64,000 nucleotides of DNA from NCBI GenBank assembly GCA_002269645.1, contig NIVC01001164.1, positions 1 to 64,000 on the forward strand, given 5' to 3'. This stretch comes from Macrostomum lignano (lineage: Eukaryota). Position numbers and translations under genes: made by a program. The notes below the pieces were generated by a model, which saw only the letters and a list, made by a program, of their open reading frames with translations, did not search any database and was not told the DNA's origin. Shown here piece by piece: positions 55,415 to 64,000 of this stretch (positions are counted from its first letter, which is position 1; every line of letters starts with the position of its first letter).

Positions 55415-57012
55415 GGGATCTGACATTGAATGGGGGATTCTAGTTAAATATAGGATCTGGGTAGAAATCTGACATTGAATGGGGGGGTTCTAGTTAAATA
55501 TAGGATCTGGGTAGAAATCTGACATTGAATGGGGGATTCTAGTTAAATATAGGATCTGGGTAGAAATCTGACATTGAATGGGGGGGGGTTCTAGTTAAAT
55601 ATAGGATCTGGGTAGAAATCTGACATTGAATGGGGGATTCTAGTTAAATATAGGATCTGGGTAGAAATCTGACATTGAATGGGGGGGTTCTAGTTAAATA
55701 TAGGATCTGGGTAGAAATCTGACATTGAATGGGGGGGGTTCTAGTTAAATATAGGATCTGGGTAGAAATCTGACATTGAATGGGGGATTCTAGTTAAATA
55801 TAGGATCTGGGTAGGAATCTGACATTGAATGGGGGGGTTCTAGTTAAATATAGGATCTGGGTAGGAATCTGACATTGAATGGGGGGGGGTTCTAGTTAAA
55901 TATAGGATCTGGGTAGAAATCTGACATTGAATGGGGGGTTCTAGTTAAATATAGGATCTGGGTAGAAATCTGACATTGAATGGGGGGTTCTAGTTAAATA
56001 TAGGATCTGGGTAGAAATCTGACATTGAATGGGGGATTCTAGTTAAATATAGGATCTGGGTAGAAATCTGACATTGAATGGGGGGGGTTCTAGTTAAATA
56101 TAGGATCTGGGTAGAAATCTGACATTGAATGGGGGGGGTTCTAGTTAAATATAGGATCTGGGTAGAAATCTGACATTGAATGGGGGGGGTTCTAGTTAAA
56201 TATAGGATCTGGGTAGAAATCTGACATTGAATGGGGGGTTCTAGTTAAATATAGGATCTGGGTAGAAATCTGACATTGAATGGGGGATTCTAGTTAAATA
56301 TAGGATCTGGGTAGGAATCTGACATTGAATGGGGGGTTCTAGTTAAATATAGGATCTGGGTAGAAATCTGGCATTGAATGGGGGGGTTCTAGTTAAATAT
56401 AGGATCTGGGTAGAAATCTGACATTGAATGGGGGGGGGAGTTCTAGTTAAATATAGGATCTGGGTAGGGATCTGACATTGAATGAGGGTTCTAGTTAAAT
56501 ATAGGATCTGGGTAGGAATCTGACATTGAATGGGGGGGTTCTAGTTAAATATAGGATCTGGGTAGAAATCTGACATTGAATGGGGGGGTTCTAGTTAAAT
56601 ATAGGATCTGGGTAGGGATCTGACATTGAATGAGGGTTCTAGTTAAATATAGGATCTGGGTAGAAATCTGACATTGAATGGGGGTTCTAGTTAAATATAG
56701 GATCTGGGTAGAAATCTGACATTGAATGGGGGGGTTCTAGTTAAATATAGGATCTGGGTAGGGATCTGACATTGAATGAGGGTTCTAGCTAAATATAGGA
56801 TCTGGGTAGAAATCTGACATTGAATGGGGGGGTTCTAGTTAAATATAGGATCTGGGTAGAAATCTGACATTGAATGGGGGGGTTCTAGTTAAATATAGGA
56901 TCTGGGTAGAAATCTGACATTGAATGGGGGGGGTTCTAGTTAAATATAGGATCTGGGTAGAAATCTGACATTGAATGGGGGGGGGGTTCTAGTTAAATAT
57001 AGGATCTGGATA
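55415..57012. repeat. ~54-bp minisatellite with a variable G-run, ~29 copies
   Basis: Unit gacattgaatg(G)nttctagttaaatataggatctgggtagaaatct. Confidence 0.97.
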
Positions 57013-57515
57013 GGGATGTGATTTTTATTAGTATTTAATTATATAAATATTTTCGTAAGGAATGTTTTTTGAGATTAGAATTTGCATCATGGATAGAAAA
57101 TAGCGCTTGTTAGCCCTAATGATATTATTTAAAAAATTGCGTTAATTATTTTACAGACCTGTTTTCTTAGATCGATAAATGATAACCTTGTAACTATGCT
57201 AAATTGCCTATATGCTTGTACCTTAAAGATAAATGTTCTGTAACTGCTTTATTTTTCTACACAGAATCTACAGTTAGTAATTAATGTTACTCATGTATAT
57301 TCAGACTTTTCGCATGCAGGTTTGAAATGAAAATACACTACAGTAGTATTTCTTATGCAGAGACCTAAATTAGGTTAAATTATATATAGATTTTGTCACC
57401 CTGTGCACGCGTTAATCATTGGGTGTTTACTACTGAAGTTATTTTTGTAAGTTTTCTTTTACAAACAATCTTGAAATGCTGTACCAGCAAGATATTTAAA
57501 GTGGGTTAACACCAG

Positions 57516-59254
57516 CAAGATTCTTATGTTGGCCGACTTTGTGAAGCCAAGATTAGCCTTGTTAATCCGGCTGCAGACTGCAGCTTGCTGCATCCATTCG
57601 ATAGTAAGTCTAATTAATACAAATTGCAAGTTTATTTAGTCCATTAATAATTGATTAACATGAAACTGCTCAGGAGAGTCAGTTAGTCTTCAGTTAGTCT
57701 ACAGTAGTCTACAGTAAGCCTACAGTTAGTCTACAGTTACTCTACAATTAGTCTACAGTATAAGCCTACAGTTAGTCTACAGTAAGCCTACAGTTAGTCT
57801 TCAGTTAGTCTACAGTAAGTCTACAGTTAGTCTACAGTAAGCCTACAGTTAGTCTACAGTAAGCCTACAGTTAGTCTTCAGTTAGTCTACAGTAAGCCTA
57901 CAGTTAGTCTACAGTTAGTCTACAGTAAGCCTACAGTTAGTCTACAGTAAGCCTACAGTTAGTCTTCAGTTAGTCTACAGTAAGCCTACAGTTAGTCTAC
58001 AGTAAGCCTACAGTTAGTCTTCAGTTAGTCTACAGTAAGCCTATAGTTAGTCTACAGTAAGCCTACAGTTAGTCTACAGTTACTCTACAATTAGTCTACA
58101 GTATAAGCCTACAATTAGTCTACAGTAAGCCTACAGTTAGTCTTCAGTTAGTCTACAGTAAGCCTACAGTTAGTCTACAGTAAGCCTACAGTTAGTCTTC
58201 AGTTAGTCTACAGTAAGCCTACAGTTAGTCTTCAGTTAGTCTACAGTAAGCCTACAGTTAGTCTACAGTAAGCCTACAGTTAGTCTTCAGTTAGTCTACA
58301 GTAAGCCTACAGTTAGTCTACAGTTAGTCTACAGTAAGCCTACAGTTAGTCTTCAGTTAGTCTACAGTAAGCCTACAGTTAGTCTTCAGTTAGTCTACAG
58401 TTAGTCTTCAGTTAGTCTACAGTAAGCCTACAGTTAGTCTTCAGTTAGTCTACAGTTAGTCTTCAGTTAGTCTACAGTAAGCCTACAGTTAGTCTTCAGT
58501 TAGTCTACAGTAAGCCTACAGTTAGTCTTCAGTTAGTCTACAGTTAGTCTACAGTCAGTCTACAGCAATAAGAGCGAGTTACATGTCGCAATCCTACACG
58601 CTCAAGATTATTTTATTTTCTCTTTCTTATCTCCTTTGTTCTCTATAAATCTCATCTTCTGTCTCCTTTCATGTCAATCCCATTTATTGTCTCTCATCTC
58701 ATCTCATTCGATCCTCTTCTCTCTTGTCTATTCCCAATCCTTTTCTTTCATCTTGCCCGCAACCTAGATGCTGTAATTCCCTAATGTCCCCTCCGTCAAC
58801 CATGCTGCAATCCCATTGTTCATTTACTGAGCTCTGAGAAAACACTTCATCACACGTACAATTCACTGTTGCTCGATCAGTGGCTCAGTCGGTAGCAGCA
58901 GAAGCCGCGGAGGCCCGTAGCAACCAGGCCGCCCTTCGGCTGGAATCCGCTGCGACGCTGTCCCAGCCAGTGGAGCTGCGACCAGACCGTCAGGCTGGAG
59001 TCTCCGGCACCGGCGTCAATCGGCCTCCACAGGACAGCGGCTACGCCAGCAGTCTGTACACCGATTCCCGGCTCATTGAACTGCTTCCTACTGGAGATGC
59101 TGCTACACCGCCGAACACTCTTGCAGTGTCCACTCCGCCATGGACGTCGATTTCGGAGTCCGTGACCGATGCCGACTGCAACATGCTGAGCATTGGTTCC
59201 AGCGACGGCCCCGACTGCCCCGACTGCCCCGAGACCAATGAGTCCCCTGAGTAA
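57516..59254 (+). CDS. Candidate last two exons of an unidentified gene (low-complexity, disordered product)
   Basis: Terminal exon 58881-59254 (cag acceptor, open GC-rich frame with DSGYAS, stop TAA). Phase-compatible upstream exon 57516-57603 (QDSYVGRLCEAKISLVNPAADCSLLHPFD, gtaagt donor). No family recognised. Confidence 0.4.
57675..58563. repeat. 11-bp-monomer satellite with higher-order 22/33-bp organisation
   Basis: Monomers cagttagtcta, cagtaagccta and cagttagtctt. Confidence 0.96.
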
Positions 59255-59293
59255 TATATGTGCACTGATGGCTTCAAATTCGCCTTTAACTGA

Positions 59294-59722
59294 CAGGGGC
59301 GTAGCCAGAGGGGGGCAAGGGGGCCGTGGCCCCCCCCCCCCAATCACCAACTCTGGCCTTAGCGCCCCCCCCCTATAAGAAACTGGCGCCCCCCTAAAAG
59401 AAACTGGCGCCCCCCCTAAAAGAAACTGGCGCCCCCTAAAAGAAACTGGCGCCCCCTAAAAGAAACTGGCGTCCCCCTCCTAAAAGAAACTGGCGCCCCC
59501 CCTAAAAGAAACTGGCGCCCCCCTCTCTGCTGCTACCCCTATAAGAAACTGGCGCCCCCTCCTAAAAGAAACTGGCGCCCCTCCTCCTATAATAAACTGG
59601 CGCCCCCCTAAGAAGCTGGCGCCCCCCCCCCAAAGAAGCTGGCGCCCCCCCCCTAAGAAGCTGGCGCCCCCTAACTCACGGCCCCGCCCCCCCCTCAATC
59701 AAAATTCCTGGCTACGCCCCTG
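59294..59722. mobile_element. MITE-like element (PIF/Harbinger-style termini) with an internal ~20-bp tandem array
   Basis: Perfect 15-bp TIR caggggcgtagccag (59294-59308) / ctggctacgcccctg (59708-59722); internal aaagaaactggcgccccccta repeats. Confidence 0.8.
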
Positions 59723-60904
59723 CTTTAACATGACGTGTTGACTGGGTGCTGACTAGACCTGATAAACTTCAGGAGGAAGTTAGCTGTTATACTCTAGGTT
59801 TACTTAATGGACTTCAATATACTCTGGATTGTGCTGGCTGAAATCCTAATTTAATTTGCTTTTAAAGTACTAGTGTATATAAAAAATATTTTCTGTACAG
59901 TGTAATTGTAACTCTATCTGAGAATGCGCAGATTGTATAGAGCATAAGTTTACTTTAATATCTTTCATTCTGTTTTTTGCTTTACTGTGGAGTTAGTTAT
60001 CTAAAGATGAGTAAATATGATTGGTACAGGGTCCCGCGCGCCAAGATTCGAACCCGGGATCCACGAGTTCTGAGTGCTACAACTTAATATGTAGCTTGTA
60101 GGCCTGATCATTTTCATGGCAGACAAAATTTATGCAAGCTAAAAGATTGCCTACTACGAGTAACAAGTAGCGACATTTTTTGTGAGGCCTGTCTATTCTA
60201 CGGTCCTTTATAGCGTTTTAGGGCATTGCATGAATTCCATATTGGTGAGCACCACAAATTTTGTTCCATAGAAGTATTTAGATTTTCTTTTAAGCAACAA
60301 ATGAATTAGCAAATCAGTCTAAATTTTTTTCGGTAACGATACGAGCTCAACTCGGAGCAAACTTAGTTGAAAAAAAAGATGTTTATTTGGATTATTTTGT
60401 CAAGTTAATGCAGTTAAATTAAAAACTATGATCCTAGCTAATGAAGGTACAAACTCTGGTTTAAAATTATTAGACAAAAAATAAACATTGATAAACAGTC
60501 TCTGTTAGTATTGGCGTATATATGAATAGTAATTTTCTAATGGGAAACTACGAGTAGCAAGGCCTAGCTAATATTAGAATAACAGAGCAGGTCGACAACA
60601 AAAACTACGAGTAAAAGTATAAAAGTGAAGATTTTAAATCTAAATATTTCAGGCAGAAGATGGGCTGAGTGGAGAACTTTATGAAGTCCAAGATTCACGT
60701 CCACGATATTTTCTCTGCAGTCTGCATTTCAGAGCTGGTTGTAAGAGCAGTTGTAAGAGTTGCTTGTATCGTCCCGTGGTCATCCCCAATTGACAAGGGA
60801 ACAGTGACAATGCATCAAAATATCTAATTGTCCAACCCAACTGCAAGCCCATAAAAACCACCGAATACCGCTCACCCCACCTACTGCCTGGCTTCGGAAA
60901 ATTC

Positions 60905-61215
60905 AATAAATATTCAGCAGAATCAAACTGCAGCTTAAACAAAAAACACAACAGCAACAGTGACGGAGATACTGGGGCCTGAATAAATAAATAAATAAAT
61001 AAATAGTCAGCAGAATCAAACTGCAGCTTAAACAAAAAACACAACAGCAACAGTGACGGAGATACTGGGGCCTGAATAAATAAATAAATAAGTAAATATT
61101 CAGCAGAATCAAACTGCAGCTTAAACAAAAAACACAACAGCAACAGTGACGGGGATACTGGGGCCTGAATAAATAAATAAATAAATAAATAGTCAGCAGA
61201 ATCAAACTGCAAGCT
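60905..61215. repeat. ~93-bp tandem repeat, ~3.5 copies, each ending in (TAAA)n
   Basis: cagcagaatcaaactgcagcttaaac...ggggcctgaataaataaataaat repeated. Confidence 0.93.
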
Positions 61216-61461
61216 TAAGCAGAGAGCACAACAGCAACAATGTTTTACTTGGAAACTTGAATGCTTGATCGTATGATCTTAATCTTGAATTTATGTATCT
61301 TTATTTGTGTATTGTGAATTCCAAAGTTCGATCTTCAATTCGGTTTCCGAATTTCGAATTTTAGGATGTTGTGTGGCTACTTAGCTAATTTTTTATTTCA
61401 AAGCTTCCACTTATCATAGTTTTGTTACGAATTTCCTAGCATTTGTTCAGAATTACAGAAG

Positions 61462-63999
61462 TCACAGAATTAGACAACCACCACCACTGGATTCTTCTTT
61501 GAATCCGTCCTCGGTCTTCTTGATTTTTTTCCACGACTCTGGCACTTCCACTCTCTTGCCGTAGTGTTTTCTCAGCGATTCCTTGTGGTTGCTTACAAAC
61601 CACCGCCATAGCAGACTGGATTCATCACCAGGAGGAGAACAGGGAGGATACCAGTGTGGAAAACATTTGCTAAGATCCTCCATTTTGTAACTCTTATGCC
61701 GAAAGGTAAAAGTGTCCAGTTCACCACAGGTTGCCACTGACAGGTTCCCGGATTCTGGATCAGTAATTCCCGCAACGCCCGCTGGCCTGACGCTCCTACA
61801 CCGTCGACCGTACTCGCACCAGGAAAGCCATCCGCTTGTCTTCACTTGACGTGTCAATGTTGGTTCTCCACACAACGGACAGTCCTGAAGGCCATCCCAC
61901 TCTTTGTCGAGCAGTGAGACATGCGGCGCTTTGCCATCCCACTTCAGTTGCTCTGGTGACGTCGGTGGATTGTGAAGAAAATCCGTGACGTTTTCAAGAC
62001 ATTCAAGTAGTCTCTGATTGAAATTTTGCAAGTCGCTAATGGAGTATTGGCTTGCAACTTTGAAGTCTTCCACGTGCAGACCAATCTTATCACCCTGTTC
62101 GCAAAATCTTTCTATCCAAAACTGAAGCAGGTTGGTGCAACTGGCGCGGTCACTCATCTGCTGCTTAGCCATTTCCCTCGCGCGTTTTTTAATTGGCTCA
62201 AGAAGATTATGCACCTTCACCTTGAGAAATTTTGAGTACTTGCTGTTGCCTTCTGGCTTGAAAAATTGTTCTTCCATCTTTCGCACCAGCCACTTGCGTG
62301 TGAAGCCTTTACTATCTTTGATGAATTCGATCCAATCGTCAAATCTATTTGTGTTAATCAGACTTTTCGTCACCTGCTTCACAAGATTCTTGTTTTCTTG
62401 ATCTAAAAAATCTTTACTGACAAAGTTGGCAGCTTGTCGCAATGCAGTTTCGCTGACGAAGTTCCTGATGATGCCTGCGATTACACCAGCACTGCGCACA
62501 TCCTGGCCCTCTCGCTTGCAGCAGTTCCTGAACTCTTCAAAGACAGTATCCTTGAATGCTTGCAGCTGAGCTCTGACCCCAAACTGCTGCTCAAATTGCT
62601 CATGTGCCGTCTTAAATTCTGCGGCTGCATACCAGCAAGCGTAAACGCTGAAAAAATCTTTAAATTGTGGTTGCAGTTTGACCCACCGATATCCACGAAT
62701 TATTTTGAGATGCTCCTTTGATTGATCGCTGTTGAACTCATCAATCTCTTTATCCACAAAATGTATTATTGATGAAAAGACGCCATGATTGACAATATCG
62801 ATGCCATTGTTTTTTTGGAACTGGATGATTTCTTTCTCAACTTTTTTCAGAACCGAGTTGGAAAAATTGAACACCTGTGTCTTGCACTCTTCCTCGGATG
62901 GCCAGAACTTTTTGAATAAGCCAACATGCCACTTTTTCTCGTAATGATCAGTCCTGATCAGATCGACCCTCAATGGCACACAGGTTTGCTTACCTGCCAT
63001 TGATTTCTCTATCTCATCGTGTATCTCACGCCTCCTACTCTCGAACTCTGAGATCAAAGTCTTCTCAGCCTGATCAAAAAAATCTATCGTCTGCATCGGT
63101 GCTACATGTATATGGACTTCCTTCATCTGCTCTTCCCACATGGTATCAAATTCTTTTCTCAGCTCGTCATCGGCCATCTGAGAGCGATTTTCTGCCACCA
63201 TCTTTTCTGCCACTTGGCGCGCTTTATCCATAAACTTCTGCTTTAGCTGATCCGCTTCGCCTCTGCTCTGCAGAAGTACTCGCCTCTCCTCCTTCACGTC
63301 CGTCAGTCTCTCGTTACACTCGCGAGTAAGTGATTTGACATCTTCCTCAAAGTTGTTAAAAGTTCTTTGTTGCCATTGAACGATTGTCTGATTTTCTTCG
63401 TGTTTTTTGAAAAACGCTTCGAGTTCCTTTTGCTTCTCAGACTGATTTTCCTTGATGAATTTATTCGTTTCGGAGATCTCCGTTTTTAGCCTCTCAGGCA
63501 GGCTCTGGGCATCTTGACAAGAACGCAGCTTTGGGGCCGCCGTCTCTTTCACTTGCTCCCATGCTTTCTTCTCGAGATCGCGCCTAAGTTCAGAGTACTT
63601 CTTGTTGACTTCTTTGTAGGCCCTGAGCTCGAGTGTGTTCTGGAAACTAAATACAAAATCTTCCTTGACAACTGCCTTCCAGAAGTCAGCTGCACGAACA
63701 GAAAACTCTTCGAACGTCAACTTAGAACTGTTCGTACCCTTCAGGCACTGTACAATCTTGTACTTTGTACCCTGAACTCCTCTGCTGTAACCTGGATTGA
63801 CAGGAGCTAACGGAGGTTCTCCCTCCCACAAGTTTGTCAGGAAAATGACGTTTTCGTTCACATCAAACTTAAGGAGATCAGCGAAGCGCTTTAAATTTGT
63901 CACTCCTTCCTCATTCGCTGCACCCTCGACTGTACTGTCCAGAGTCCGCAACAGACGATCTCTCGCTTCCTGCATTTTCTCACGTGAGTCAACAGCACA
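61462..63999 (-). CDS. GVIN1: Very large inducible GTPase (GVIN1/VLIG, URGCP-like) family, C-terminal part; ORF open to the window edge
   Basis: Single uninterrupted frame of >840 codons. Motifs DVNENVIFLTNLWEGEPPLAPVNPGYS, DFWKAVVKEDFVFSFQNTLE, DCPLCGE and LLWRWFVSNHKESLRKHYG match my recollection of VLIG post-GTPase and C-terminal regions; ends GGGCLIL*. The P-loop lies outside the window. Confidence 0.8.
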   Translation of the reverse strand, partial: CAVDSREKMQEARDRLLRTLDSTVEGAANEEGVTNLKRFADLLKFDVNENVIFLTNLWEGEPPLAPVNPGYSRGVQGTKYKIVQCLKGTNSSKLTFEEFSVRAADFWKAVVKEDFVFSFQNTLELRAYKEVNKKYSELRRDLEKKAWEQVKETAAPKLRSCQDAQSLPERLKTEISETNKFIKENQSEKQKELEAFFKKHEENQTIVQWQQRTFNNFEEDVKSLTRECNERLTDVKEERRVLLQSRGEADQLKQKFMDKARQVAEKMVAENRSQMADDELRKEFDTMWEEQMKEVHIHVAPMQTIDFFDQAEKTLISEFESRRREIHDEIEKSMAGKQTCVPLRVDLIRTDHYEKKWHVGLFKKFWPSEEECKTQVFNFSNSVLKKVEKEIIQFQKNNGIDIVNHGVFSSIIHFVDKEIDEFNSDQSKEHLKIIRGYRWVKLQPQFKDFFSVYACWYAAAEFKTAHEQFEQQFGVRAQLQAFKDTVFEEFRNCCKREGQDVRSAGVIAGIIRNFVSETALRQAANFVSKDFLDQENKNLVKQVTKSLINTNRFDDWIEFIKDSKGFTRKWLVRKMEEQFFKPEGNSKYSKFLKVKVHNLLEPIKKRAREMAKQQMSDRASCTNLLQFWIERFCEQGDKIGLHVEDFKVASQYSISDLQNFNQRLLECLENVTDFLHNPPTSPEQLKWDGKAPHVSLLDKEWDGLQDCPLCGEPTLTRQVKTSGWLSWCEYGRRCRSVRPAGVAGITDPESGNLSVATCGELDTFTFRHKSYKMEDLSKCFPHWYPPCSPPGDESSLLWRWFVSNHKESLRKHYGKRVEVPESWKKIKKTEDGFKEESSGGGCLIL

Positions 64000-64000
64000 G

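Overview
Repeat-rich eukaryotic (animal) genomic DNA with GC-rich exons and GT-AG introns. The style suggests an invertebrate, possibly a Macrostomum-like flatworm (inference only). Genes assembled by hand from splice sites and reading phases: the 5' half of a conventional protein kinase C (minus, runs off the left edge); a complete 5-exon SIFamide/NPFF-receptor-like GPCR (plus); a complete 6-exon secreted trypsin-like protease (minus); RNF185/RNF5 (plus, 2 exons); FBXO8 (plus, 3 coding exons); and the 3' part of a very large inducible GTPase (GVIN1/VLIG family, minus, runs off the right edge) ending in an unexpected CaaX box (CLIL). Also present: an orphan transmembrane exon, a candidate unknown 2-exon gene end, a kinase relic, an RT-deleted Ty3/gypsy element with both LTRs, RTE-type LINE fragments, tRNA/CORE SINEs (one 5'-inverted, with a paralogous empty site), a DIRS-like relic, Tc1-like and MITE-like elements, and more than 15 tandem arrays. 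Most notable: the CaaX-tailed VLIG; introns 92-98% filled by a different minisatellite each, one made of about 100 decoy 5' splice sites; and a foldback-like inverted structure enclosing a duplicate of the GPCR last exon. No CRISPR array, rRNA or intact tRNA was seen. Identifications come from remembered family motifs, not database searches.
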